Positions 1-9,111 of a stretch of DNA of 30,437 nucleotides are shown here, one piece after another (position 1 is the stretch's first letter; each line of letters begins with the position of its first letter). The position numbers and the translations under genes are program-made. The notes beneath the pieces were generated by a model that saw only the letters and a program-made list of their open reading frames with translations, searched no databases and was not told the DNA's origin. The stretch is from Candidatus Aegiribacteria sp. Its GTDB lineage: Bacteria; Fermentibacterota; Fermentibacteria; Fermentibacterales; JCC-6. The DNA lies in contig JAWOBF010000109.1 of assembly GCA_046498225.1 (NCBI GenBank), forward strand, positions 1 to 30,437. Direction: 5' to 3'.

Positions 1-189
1 AACAACGCCCAGGGAGAAGCATTCAGGTTCACGGCGGTGGCGGAGGAGTACCGCAAGAGCCCGGAGGTTACCGCCACCAGACTGCATCTGGAAACCATCT
101 CCGCCCTGCTTGACACCGTGGGCATCACCGTCGTGGATCAGTCTGCCGGGGCGCTAACCCATTACGACCTGGGGGGAGGTGCGAGATGA
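1..189 (+). CDS. hflK: FtsH modulator HflK, C-terminal part (5' end outside window)
   Basis: Frame 1 from base 1 reads NNAQGEAFRFTAVAEEYRKSPEVTATRLHLETISALL...GGGAR*. This matches the HflK C-terminal pattern (A.GEA.RF...EY.KAPEVTR.RLYLET). The stop overlaps the hflC ATG (ATGA). Confidence 0.85.
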   Translation, partial: NNAQGEAFRFTAVAEEYRKSPEVTATRLHLETISALLDTVGITVVDQSAGALTHYDLGGGAR

Positions 190-1274
190 AAAGGCTGAAG
201 CAGCTGCTTTACGGCATAGCCGGCCTGTTCGTTCTGATGGTCATTCTGGGAGCCTTCTTTACAATTTCCGAGATGGAACAGGCTGTGATACTCCAGCTGG
301 GAGAACCCATACGGGTAATAGTGGGCGACAGGACACCCGAGGAGCTGGCGGAACTTCAGGGCTGGATGGACGAGAATACTCCCGGGGTCAGGCTGAGCCA
401 GGGGGCGGGGCTCTACTTCAAGATACCCTTCCTTCAGCAGGTCAGAATTTTCGACGACCGGATAATGGAGTACGACGATCCTCCTGCGGACGTTGTCACC
501 AGGGACAAGAAGCATATAAAGGTGGACTGCTACGCCAGATGGAGAATACGGAACCCCCTCCTCTTTCTCCGAAGCGTGCGGACGGAGACCGGTGCCATAA
601 GCCGGCTGGACGACATAATCTATTCCACGGTCCGGCAGGAGCTGGGCAAGAGCAACCTGATCCAGATAGTGAGGAGCACCAACGATCCCATTGGTCTGGG
701 TGACTACGTGCGGCTGGTGAACAACGTCACCTACTCGGACACCCTCGAGGACATCGTGATAGATGAGGCCGGGGAGATAATCGAGACGGTGAAGCTGGTC
801 AGGATGACCCCGGCTCAGGGGCGGATAGCGATTCTGGAGCGGGTTGCCGCCACTTCCCGCCGCATGGCTGCGGACTACGGCATATACATCGTCGACGTGC
901 GTATAAAGAGGGCGGACCTGCCGGAGGAGAACCAGGCCGCCGTATTCGCACGAATGCAGGCGGAGAGGAACAGGATCTCCAACCGGTATCGGGCGGAGGG
1001 CAGAAGGATGTCCGATGTCATCATCGCCGACACCGACCTCCAGGTGGACTCCATAAGGGCCGAGGCGAACAGGAGCGCCCTTACCATAAGGGGAACCGCG
1101 GACAGCACCGCGGCGGCGATCTACGCCGGGGCCTTCGACAGCTACCCGGATTTCTACAGTTTCATCCGCTCTCTGGAGACCCTGGAAAAGGTGATGACCG
1201 GTTCGAGCAATATCGTAGTCGGTACCGACGGTATCTTCGAGTACATCGTCTCCAGGCCCGGGCGTTTTCTCTAG
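186..1274 (+). CDS. hflC: FtsH modulator HflC (SPFH/band-7)
   Basis: N-terminal TM, GLYFKIPF, VVTRDKKHIKVDCYARWRI, DVRIKRADLP, RMQAER and FYSFIRSLE motifs; follows hflK. Confidence 0.93.
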   Translation: MKRLKQLLYGIAGLFVLMVILGAFFTISEMEQAVILQLGEPIRVIVGDRTPEELAELQGWMDENTPGVRLSQGAGLYFKIPFLQQVRIFDDRIMEYDDPPADVVTRDKKHIKVDCYARWRIRNPLLFLRSVRTETGAISRLDDIIYSTVRQELGKSNLIQIVRSTNDPIGLGDYVRLVNNVTYSDTLEDIVIDEAGEIIETVKLVRMTPAQGRIAILERVAATSRRMAADYGIYIVDVRIKRADLPEENQAAVFARMQAERNRISNRYRAEGRRMSDVIIADTDLQVDSIRAEANRSALTIRGTADSTAAAIYAGAFDSYPDFYSFIRSLETLEKVMTGSSNIVVGTDGIFEYIVSRPGRFL

Positions 1275-1282
1275 GACTGCCG

Positions 1283-1687
1283 ATGGACACCGTATTCGAG
1301 GACGACAGGCACTGCTTCGTCTGCGGGGAGAGGAACACCTTCGGCCTTCAGCTGAGGCCGGAGGGGAAGAACGGCAGAGGAACCATCGAGTGGCTCCCTG
1401 ATAAGCGTCACCAGGGTTTCGACGGCGTTGTCCACGGTGGCCTGATATCCACGCTGATCGACGAGGCCATGGCCTACGCGGCCATGAGCACAGGCGGCTT
1501 CTGCGCCACCGCCGGAATATCGGTGAGGTTCCGGCGGCCGGTGAAGGTTGGCGAACAGGTCAGGGTGGAAGCTGAGCTGGTGGGCAGGAGGGGCAGAATG
1601 CTGCAACTGCAGGCGTCAGTGATGCAGAATGGGGAAGAGAAGGCCAGCGGAAGCGGGACCTTCGTCCGGGTCGGGACGGGAAAGTAG
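1283..1687 (+). CDS. PaaI-family hotdog-fold thioesterase
   Basis: CFVCG..N..GL and HQGFDGVVHGGLISTLIDEAM motifs; VRFRRPV. Confidence 0.88.
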   Translation: MDTVFEDDRHCFVCGERNTFGLQLRPEGKNGRGTIEWLPDKRHQGFDGVVHGGLISTLIDEAMAYAAMSTGGFCATAGISVRFRRPVKVGEQVRVEAELVGRRGRMLQLQASVMQNGEEKASGSGTFVRVGTGK

Positions 1688-1700
1688 GCTCATCGGCCGA

Positions 1701-2486
1701 ATGAAGGTTCTTCTTACCGGCGCATCCGGCAGGCTGGGAGCCGCCATCCTCCACATGAACCCGGATGGATGGGATATCGTCCCGTTCTCTGGAAGCGGAG
1801 GGCCGTCCACGATGGAGTGCGACCTTCGCCGCGCCGGAGACAGAAGAAGACTGCTGAAGAACGATTTCGACCTGGCGGTGAACACCGCCGCCCTCTCGTC
1901 CCCCGCGGAATGTTCCCGCAGACCGGGGGAATGCATCCTTCTCAACACCATTTGGCCCCTGATGCTGGCCCGGGCATGCAGAGAACGGTCCGTTCCCATG
2001 GTGAACATTTCCAGCGACCTGGTGTACAGCGGCGGCAACCCGCCATACGGGGAAACCTCCGCGGCCGTGCCCCGGTCATTTTACGGCTGGACGAAGCTGG
2101 CGGCGGACATTCTGGTGGAAAGGGCAAATTCCGAAGCGCTCACGGTGAGGACCTCCGTGCTCTGCGGCGAGACACCATCGAGGAGGACGACCTTTTCCCA
2201 GGACATTCTCAGCGGCAGGGTCAACCGGGTCTACGTGAACAGCTGGAGGAACCACACTCCCATGGACTGGCTTGCCGGACTGGTCCCCGTCCTCGTGGAT
2301 GAGGGGGCCACAGGCCTGATCATCGCCTCGGGCAGGTACGCCCGTTCCCGCTCCGCTTACGCCGAGGAGCTCCTTGTGAAACGCGGAATGCCGGTGGATC
2401 ACCTGGTGCTGGACTATGCCCCGGCAGGAATACCACCGAGACTTGATCTGAGGGGAAAGCGGAGCTGCGCCGACGACGTTGTTTGA
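1701..2486 (+). CDS. RmlD-like NAD(P)-dependent sugar-nucleotide reductase (extended SDR)
   Basis: MKVLLTGASGRLG Rossmann start at ATG 1701; NTAA, ISSDLVY and YGWTK (YxxxK) motifs. Confidence 0.85.
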   Translation: MKVLLTGASGRLGAAILHMNPDGWDIVPFSGSGGPSTMECDLRRAGDRRRLLKNDFDLAVNTAALSSPAECSRRPGECILLNTIWPLMLARACRERSVPMVNISSDLVYSGGNPPYGETSAAVPRSFYGWTKLAADILVERANSEALTVRTSVLCGETPSRRTTFSQDILSGRVNRVYVNSWRNHTPMDWLAGLVPVLVDEGATGLIIASGRYARSRSAYAEELLVKRGMPVDHLVLDYAPAGIPPRLDLRGKRSCADDVV

Positions 2487-2528
2487 GAGTGAGGCCCTGT
2501 CTTCACTGTCCAGGAATGGCGGTTCGAA

Positions 2529-3332
2529 TCAGCGCCGTACTCCCATCCTGCCCAGGAGTTCGGGAGTTATCACCGAGTCCCTCCTCAAGGTTTTCCTAAG
2601 GAACTTCTTCCAGCTTAATCCCCATTTTTCACGAAACAGCTTCCTGGGATCCCTGTGATCGCCTCCCCGGAACCTTCCGGTGGTTCCCTTTGCGAAATGG
2701 TAGACCAGGCTGCTGCCCACACCGATGTAGTGGCGGCAGCCATGGGCGTACATCCTCATAGCCAGGTCCGGGTCGCTGCCGAAGCCGGGGAAGTAGTCCT
2801 CGTCGAAGCCGTTCACCGCCTCCCAGTCCCTCCTGGCCAGAAGAACCGGCGTCCAGGTGCTGACCACGTTGTACGGTCTTATGAGCGATCTGTACCCATC
2901 CAGCAGCTCCCTCTCGCGGAAGCTGCCGGGGGAATCACCGTAATCGGTGTCTCCGATATAGCAGGGCGTGGACCGCCCCGGTTCGATGGCGGTGCCGGAG
3001 AGCCACAGGATGTCCGCCATTCCCAGGTACTGCTCCAGCGCCGTGTCCCAGCCCGGCAGCGGGTACATGTCATCGTTCATGTAGCATATATGATCGGTGG
3101 TGGCCATCGCGGCGGCCCGATTGGTCCCGCCGCACACCCCGAGGTTCGAAGGAGAACTGTCGTATTTCAGGTTCTTTCCTTCCAGCCATCCTTCGCAGTC
3201 CTCGTCGAATTCGTTGAAGAAGACGATGAGCTCGTGGTCGGCCGAACTGTTCCGGGTGAGACCCCTGTACATCAGGTCCAGCATCTCCAGGTTCTTCCAG
3301 GTGGGGACCACTACCGAGAAGGGTTGTGTCAC
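2529..3332 (-). CDS. Family 2 glycosyltransferase
   Basis: FSVVVPTW, YMNDD and GFDEDYFPGFGSDPDL motifs; GTG start overlaps the glyQS stop (GTGA). Confidence 0.85.
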   Translation of the reverse strand: MTQPFSVVVPTWKNLEMLDLMYRGLTRNSSADHELIVFFNEFDEDCEGWLEGKNLKYDSSPSNLGVCGGTNRAAAMATTDHICYMNDDMYPLPGWDTALEQYLGMADILWLSGTAIEPGRSTPCYIGDTDYGDSPGSFRERELLDGYRSLIRPYNVVSTWTPVLLARRDWEAVNGFDEDYFPGFGSDPDLAMRMYAHGCRHYIGVGSSLVYHFAKGTTGRFRGGDHRDPRKLFREKWGLSWKKFLRKTLRRDSVITPELLGRMGVRR

Positions 3333-4660
3333 TTGACCTCGGTCCACCCGCGCCGCAGGAGGTCCTTCAGGGTCTCCACCAGGTTTTCGACGGGAACCCT
3401 TATCTGGTCCAGGGTATCCCTCTCGCGTATGGTCACCTTCCGGTCCTCCAGTGAGTCGAAGTCGAAGGTGACGCAGTAGGGCGTTCCGGCCTCGTCCATC
3501 CTCCTGTACCGCTTTCCTATGGAACCTGTAACATCGAACTGCGCGGGAACATGGGGGCTGACCTTCTCGAAAACCTCCATGGCCGAAGAGGAGAGTTTCT
3601 TGGACAGGGGGAGGACCGCGGCCTTGATCGGGGCCAGGTCCCTGTGGAGTCCCAGCACCACCCTCTCCCTTCCCTCTACCGTCTCCTCGCGGTAGGCGTC
3701 CAGCAGCACCGCCAGAATGGTCCTGCCTATGCCTCCGCTGGTCTCCACGACGAAGGGTACCGTTCTGGTGTTGGAGGCCTGGTCCTGGTAGGAGAGGTCC
3801 TGCCCGCTCATTTCGATATGGGCCTTGAGGTCGTAATCCGTCCTGTTTGCTATGCCCTCCAGCTCTCCCCAGCCTCCGGTGGAGAAGGGGAACGTGTACT
3901 CTATGTCCACACAGCGGGCGGCGTAATGGGCAAGCTCGCTGTCATCATGTCTTCTGGTCCTGAGGCTGTCATCCATTATTCCCAGCATCCTGTACCACTC
4001 CAGCCTCTGCTCCACCCAGTAATGGAACCAGTGGTCCGCTTCCTCCGGGAGGCAGAAGAACTCAAGTTCCATCTGCTCGAACTCCCTGGAGCGGAAGATG
4101 AAGTTACGCGCGGTGATCTCGTTCCTGAAGGCCTTGCCCATCTGCGCGATCCCGAAAGGCAGTTTCTGCCTGGTGGCGGTAACCACGTTCCGGAAGTTGA
4201 CGAAAATGGGCTGACAGGTCTCCGGCCTGAGGTATACCGTGTCGGACCCTTCCTCCAGAGCTCCCATGCTGGTTCTGAACATCAGCCCGAACTCCCTGGG
4301 CTCGGTAAGCTCCCCCCCGCATTCCGGGCACCTGTCGCCCTCCACGTGATCCTGCCGGAACCTGCTTTTGCATTCCCTGCAGTCCACCATGGGGTCATGG
4401 AAATGCTTCAGGTGTCCGGAGGCTTTCCACACGTCAGGATGTGTAATTATGGCCGAATCCATTCCGACCACGTCCGGTCTGGTGGAGACCATGAAGTCCC
4501 ACCAGCTCTTCTCGATGTTCCTCTTGAGCTCCACACCCAGGGGGCCGTAGTCCCAGGCGGACTGAAGCCCTCCGTAGACCTCGCCGGATTGGAATATGTA
4601 CCCTCGCCTCTTGCACAGGGAAACGATTTTTTTCATGAGATCGTCGATTTCAGCCGTCAT
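3329..4660 (-). CDS. glyQS: Glycine--tRNA ligase, alpha2 (homodimeric) type
   Basis: LCKRRGYIF, WDYGPLG, YLRPETCQ, GKAFRNEI..RNFIFRSREFEQME, ELEGIANRTDYDL and anticodon-domain GSIGKRYRR motifs. Confidence 0.97.
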   Translation of the reverse strand: MTAEIDDLMKKIVSLCKRRGYIFQSGEVYGGLQSAWDYGPLGVELKRNIEKSWWDFMVSTRPDVVGMDSAIITHPDVWKASGHLKHFHDPMVDCRECKSRFRQDHVEGDRCPECGGELTEPREFGLMFRTSMGALEEGSDTVYLRPETCQPIFVNFRNVVTATRQKLPFGIAQMGKAFRNEITARNFIFRSREFEQMELEFFCLPEEADHWFHYWVEQRLEWYRMLGIMDDSLRTRRHDDSELAHYAARCVDIEYTFPFSTGGWGELEGIANRTDYDLKAHIEMSGQDLSYQDQASNTRTVPFVVETSGGIGRTILAVLLDAYREETVEGRERVVLGLHRDLAPIKAAVLPLSKKLSSSAMEVFEKVSPHVPAQFDVTGSIGKRYRRMDEAGTPYCVTFDFDSLEDRKVTIRERDTLDQIRVPVENLVETLKDLLRRGWTEVK

Positions 4661-5402
4661 TTTCCAGGTCCTCCAGTACCGAAAGTGATTTCAGTTTCAT
4701 TCTTCTCTCCAGATGTATCTCAGCGAATCTCCGCATGAGATCGAAGCACTGTCTGTAGCCGCCCTTCCAGAGCCCGACGTTCCGCACCGACTCCAGGCGG
4801 GCGCTTCTGGACTTTCTGAAGAAGGCGACGATGCCGGGAGGTATCGGGTCCTCGGAACCCTCGGCGCAGTTTTCGCATATCCTGCCCCCTCCGGCCGCAT
4901 GCCAGAGGAACGTATCCCCGGGGTCGCCCCCGCACCTGACGCATCTGTCTATCTCCATGGCGAATCCAGACAGCCTCAGCGCCTTCTCTATCCCTGAACA
5001 TAATACCGGCCAGAAGGGCGGGCCCGAAGCGAAATTTCCCAGGACCTCGCTTATCAGGTGGAACATGGGATGTGACGGCTCGCTGCCGGTTATGGAGAAT
5101 AACAGCCACTCGATGAAAAGACAAGAATGCCCGAATGCCACCGGATCGCTTCTGATAGTCTCGTAATACTTAATGACAGATGCTTCCGTGGCGGTGCTCA
5201 TCTCCCTCCCTTCCCGCATGGAGAGGGAAAGGTCCACCATGGAGAGGAGTTCGAGGCTTCCATAGAAAGTGCTCTTCGGACGAAGCGCCCCCCTGGCAAC
5301 GGCGGATATCCGCCCGAAGTCCAGGGAATACAGGGTGAGTATCAAAGAGGATTCGCTCCATCTCACCCTGCGCATGACGAATGAGGGCGTGGTCGTTCTT
5401 AT
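4650..5402 (-). CDS. recO: DNA repair protein RecO
   Basis: ESSLILTLYS..GRISAVARGA OB-fold and CxxC...CxxC zinc finger; phoH-ybeY-recO-glyQS context. Start placed at an in-frame ATA (5402) behind GGAG; the first ATG is at 5375. Confidence 0.9.
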   Translation of the reverse strand: MRTTTPSFVMRRVRWSESSLILTLYSLDFGRISAVARGALRPKSTFYGSLELLSMVDLSLSMREGREMSTATEASVIKYYETIRSDPVAFGHSCLFIEWLLFSITGSEPSHPMFHLISEVLGNFASGPPFWPVLCSGIEKALRLSGFAMEIDRCVRCGGDPGDTFLWHAAGGGRICENCAEGSEDPIPPGIVAFFRKSRSARLESVRNVGLWKGGYRQCFDLMRRFAEIHLERRMKLKSLSVLEDLENDG

Positions 5403-5438
5403 GGTATCACTCTCCGAAGGAGCGGGTCGGGCTCCGGG

Positions 5439-6659
5439 TCAGTCTGATTTCGTCTTCTTACCGTCCAGGGGCTCGACCCTGACGTACAGGATCCTCTGCG
5501 CCCTGACCTGTTCGACTGTGAAACTGTAGCCGGAGAATTCGGTCTGCTCGTTCTGCCTGGGTATTTTACCCATCAGCTGGTAGACCATCCCTCCGAGGCT
5601 CTCGAAATCGTCATCCTCGAAGTCGGTGCCCAGAAGAGAATTCAGGTCATCTATGGGAAGTCTGGCGTCCAGTATGAACGAGCCGCTGTCCAGTTTCTTC
5701 ACCAGCAGCGCCTCCTTGTCGTACTCATCCAGGATCTCCCCGAAGACCTCTTCCATGATATCCTCTATGGTCACCAGTCCGGCGGTGCCGCCGTACTCGT
5801 CCACCACCACGGCCATGTGTATCCTCTTGGACTGGAATTCCCGCAGCAGCTCATCAATCCGCTTGTACTCCGGCACGAAGTAAGGGGGCCTGAGGATGCT
5901 GCGGAGGTGGAAGCTGTTCTCGTCCTGGGACAGGAGGGCAAGAAGGTCCTTGGCGTACAGCAGTCCCTTTATGTTGTCTATCTTCTCCTCGAAAACCGGT
6001 ATCCTCGAGTGACCGGCCCGTCTCAGTTCATCCACCACGGTAGAGAGGTCCGCGTTTATCTCCACGCAGACCATGTCTATTCTGGGAACCATGACCTCTC
6101 TCACTATCCTGTCGGAGAAGTTGATGATACTGTCCATCAGCTCCTGTTCCTTCTCGAACTCCCCCGGCTCGCCCTTTTCCCTCCGTCGCTCCAGCCAGAT
6201 GACATCCGGAGGAGTGATCAGCCAGCCGACTGTATCCGGGTTGTCGTCACTGACGCCTCCGAAGAACAGCAGGGCGGGAAGCCTGAAAACCAGGGAAATC
6301 AGGACATAGGGAAACCGAAGCACGGACAGCAGTTTCGCGGAATTCCTCATGGCCAGTACCGAAGGAAGCAGGACGGCAAGAACGAAGGCCGCGGCCACCA
6401 GAACAAGGAAGACCGCCCATAACGGCATGCCCACCATCGGAGCCAGCGGACCGGCCAGAAGGATGGAACCGGCGCCGGTCAGTACCGTTCCGAAGAACCG
6501 CATCAGCCACAGTATGCCCAGATGGAAGAAGGCGGCCTGCCTCCTCTCGGAGGGGTCCCGCCCCTGGGAGAGGATCATCTCCGGCATGCATGACCTTATT
6601 CCCGAGGCAAGGAAGAGTATCAGGAAGCCGGCACCGTATACCGCAGTCCCGGCGATCAT
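5439..6659 (-). CDS. Hemolysin/CorC-family protein (TM region, CBS pair, CorC/HlyC domain)
   Basis: VREVMVPRIDM, GHSRIPV, HMAVVVDEYGGTAGLVTIEDIMEE and FESLGG motifs. Confidence 0.92.
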   Translation of the reverse strand: MIAGTAVYGAGFLILFLASGIRSCMPEMILSQGRDPSERRQAAFFHLGILWLMRFFGTVLTGAGSILLAGPLAPMVGMPLWAVFLVLVAAAFVLAVLLPSVLAMRNSAKLLSVLRFPYVLISLVFRLPALLFFGGVSDDNPDTVGWLITPPDVIWLERRREKGEPGEFEKEQELMDSIINFSDRIVREVMVPRIDMVCVEINADLSTVVDELRRAGHSRIPVFEEKIDNIKGLLYAKDLLALLSQDENSFHLRSILRPPYFVPEYKRIDELLREFQSKRIHMAVVVDEYGGTAGLVTIEDIMEEVFGEILDEYDKEALLVKKLDSGSFILDARLPIDDLNSLLGTDFEDDDFESLGGMVYQLMGKIPRQNEQTEFSGYSFTVEQVRAQRILYVRVEPLDGKKTKSD

Positions 6660-7045
6660 GTCCCGCCGCGTTCTTTCATGGCCCTGGAAACCATCTCATC
6701 CACCATCCTGCTCATGTCTTCCCGGTCTTCATCGGTGTCATGGGAGTATCCCGAAAGGTGGAGGTATCCGTGAAAAATGCGCTCCAGCAGCTCCTCCATG
6801 GGGGGGAACAATCTTCCATCCACGAATATGGTTCCTTCCGGCCTGTCCTCCTCCCTCAGGGCCAGGTCGAAGCTGATTACGTCCGTGGGCCTGTCGATGT
6901 GCCTGTAGCGGCTGTTGAGCACCCTCATGTAGCCGGGGTCCGCCACCACTATCTCCACCCGGTCATCTATCAGCTCTCCCACGCGGTCCTCCAGCATCTT
7001 CCGGTCCATCTCGATGTTCTCCAGCAGCAGAGTTATCTCAGCCAC
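6656..7045 (-). CDS. ybeY: rRNA maturation endoribonuclease YbeY
   Basis: LNSRYRHIDRPTDVISF and HGYLHLSGYSH metal-binding motif. Confidence 0.92.
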   Translation of the reverse strand: MAEITLLLENIEMDRKMLEDRVGELIDDRVEIVVADPGYMRVLNSRYRHIDRPTDVISFDLALREEDRPEGTIFVDGRLFPPMEELLERIFHGYLHLSGYSHDTDEDREDMSRMVDEMVSRAMKERGGT

Positions 7046-9053
7046 CGGATTCTCCCTCGGGGTAATCCGTGACTCGCTTGTGGAACTTGCTCTCCAGCAC
7101 CGAAGAGAAGACCTTTATTATGGTCTTGAGGTTTCTGCGGGTCAGGTGGCAGTCGTCCAGGTCGCCCTCGAGGTCCTTTTCATCCACCACTCTCGTCACC
7201 ACTTTCTCCACCTCCTCCGGGGAGGTAAGGTTCTTGGTAGCCGACGCCACCTGGTCTGCCAGAAGCACCACCGCGGCCTCTATGGTGCGGGGCCGGGGGC
7301 CCGGATAGGAGAAATCCTCTGTTCTGACATCTTCAGTGTCACCCGCCTCGCCAACCGCCTTGCTGTAGAAGAACCTGGTCATGCTGACCCCGTGATGCTG
7401 GCTGATGATGTCTATGACCGCCTTTGGCAGCTTGGCTCTCACCGCCATCTCCACTCCGTCCTGCACATGGGCGATTATCTTCCCGGCGCTGACCCAGGGG
7501 CTCATGCTGTCATGGGGATTATCCTGGTCCCTCTGATTCTCTATGAAGAGTTCCGGATGCGCCATCTTGCCAATGTCATGGAAGTAGCCTCCCGCGGAGG
7601 CCAGGGATTCCCACGCTCCTATGGCTGCGGCGGCTCTTCCGGCCAGCTCGGCCACGGTCTGAGAATGGTTCCAGGTACCCGGGGCGACTTCCCGCATCCT
7701 CCTGAGCAGTGGATGGTCGGTCTTGTTGACCTCGTCTATGGAAAGGACGGTGAACACGCCGAACAACCTCTCGAACATGAAGAGCAGTGCGTTGGCCGAA
7801 CCGATGCCGATAACCGGGACCAGCAGCAGTCCCAGCACGGCTGCCGTCATGGGCGCCGGATATAGGGAGGTGTCGAGGAGCTTCAGCAGCAGGAACACGC
7901 CGGTACCACCGCCGGCGGCAAGACCGATGGCTATTGGAACGCTGCTCCTCTCCCGGACGTCCCATACTGTAAGGGCGGTCAGAATACCGCTGATAGCCCC
8001 GATAAGCACCACAGAGTAGGGGTGGGGGTGGACAAGGCCGGTCATAAGGGAGAAGACGAGGGTCATGAATATGGCGTGCCTGCGGTGGAAAAAGATGCTG
8101 GTCAGGGCGGCGCCGAAGGTGACCATGGTGGCGTAGGGATAACCGACGCTCTCCTTCAGTGCCAGCCACATGGTGCCCGTGGCGGCAAGGGAGAGTACCC
8201 ATATGACCCCAAGGAGCAGAAAGCGGTTGGGAGCGCGCCATGTTTCGGGCATGATATCGTGTACGTAGAAAAGTGCCACACCGGTCATTATGAGGAGCAG
8301 AAGCAGCAGGCCGGCGATATGCCTGAACTGTCTCCCTTCCAGTTCGGAGGTTCTCAGGCGCTCGAGGTAATTCACCGTCCTGGCGGTGGCTGGCTGTCCC
8401 GCCCGCAGGAGGACGGCTCCGGCGGCTATGGTGGTGTCTATGTTGCTTAGTCCGGAAACCGCCAGCTGCGCGTTGGCCTCCCTGGAGGAATCGTCCACCA
8501 GGAGATTCGGCTTCAGAACGGATGTTATGTTTTCCATCTCATCCTGGGAAAGGCCGTACCTGTTCAGCCGCATGGTCAGGGTCTCTCTTACATCGTCTAT
8601 CTCGTTAATGTCGAAGAGCTGCCTGTCCTCAGCTCCATCTGCGCCGATGATCACGGCACGGTCGCCGCCGTAATGCTCACGAACCCGGCCCAGATCGAAT
8701 ACTCCCTCCCGGTAGATATCCTCCAGTTCTCCCAGTATCCCCCTGGCGAAAGTGGAATCGAACGTGTTGAGCAGAAAACGGGGGTACAGCCTTTCGGCCA
8801 GGGGATCCCAGACATCCTCGTCCAGCTTGAGATGTATGGGGACCGATGAAAGCACGGATTCGCGTATTCGGTCGAAATCCTCCTGGCTGTAGGGCAGACT
8901 GAAGTCCACCGGGGCAACTATATCGTGAGGAAATGTCTGCCCGGGAGAAAGCTCGATGTCTATGATACTCCGCTCCGGAAGGAAGAACAGGCAGAAGGTG
9001 CCGATGAAGACAAGGGTTATCAGAATTCCCGGGAACAGGTTCCTGAGCTTCAT
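7038..9053 (-). CDS. 7TM-HD (HDIG) phosphohydrolase, PgpH/YqfF-like
   Basis: N-terminal TM, large extracytoplasmic domain, multi-TM block, then APGTWNHS, YFHDIGK, FIENQ, QHHG and YPGPRP. Sits between phoH and ybeY. The start could also be ATG 9086. Confidence 0.9.
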   Translation of the reverse strand: MKLRNLFPGILITLVFIGTFCLFFLPERSIIDIELSPGQTFPHDIVAPVDFSLPYSQEDFDRIRESVLSSVPIHLKLDEDVWDPLAERLYPRFLLNTFDSTFARGILGELEDIYREGVFDLGRVREHYGGDRAVIIGADGAEDRQLFDINEIDDVRETLTMRLNRYGLSQDEMENITSVLKPNLLVDDSSREANAQLAVSGLSNIDTTIAAGAVLLRAGQPATARTVNYLERLRTSELEGRQFRHIAGLLLLLLIMTGVALFYVHDIMPETWRAPNRFLLLGVIWVLSLAATGTMWLALKESVGYPYATMVTFGAALTSIFFHRRHAIFMTLVFSLMTGLVHPHPYSVVLIGAISGILTALTVWDVRERSSVPIAIGLAAGGGTGVFLLLKLLDTSLYPAPMTAAVLGLLLVPVIGIGSANALLFMFERLFGVFTVLSIDEVNKTDHPLLRRMREVAPGTWNHSQTVAELAGRAAAAIGAWESLASAGGYFHDIGKMAHPELFIENQRDQDNPHDSMSPWVSAGKIIAHVQDGVEMAVRAKLPKAVIDIISQHHGVSMTRFFYSKAVGEAGDTEDVRTEDFSYPGPRPRTIEAAVVLLADQVASATKNLTSPEEVEKVVTRVVDEKDLEGDLDDCHLTRRNLKTIIKVFSSVLESKFHKRVTDYPEGESGG

Positions 9054-9111
9054 GGACCGACCGCCGTCAGAACCGAGCGTACCCATGCATTCACTCGAAA
9101 AGGAGCTGCTG

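Noticed and set aside
3551..4738. Long antisense ORFs (also 2655-3479, 7014-7865, 8956-9879, 10112-10858)
   Set aside because: Shadows of well-supported genes on the opposite strand in GC-rich DNA; no recognisable motifs.
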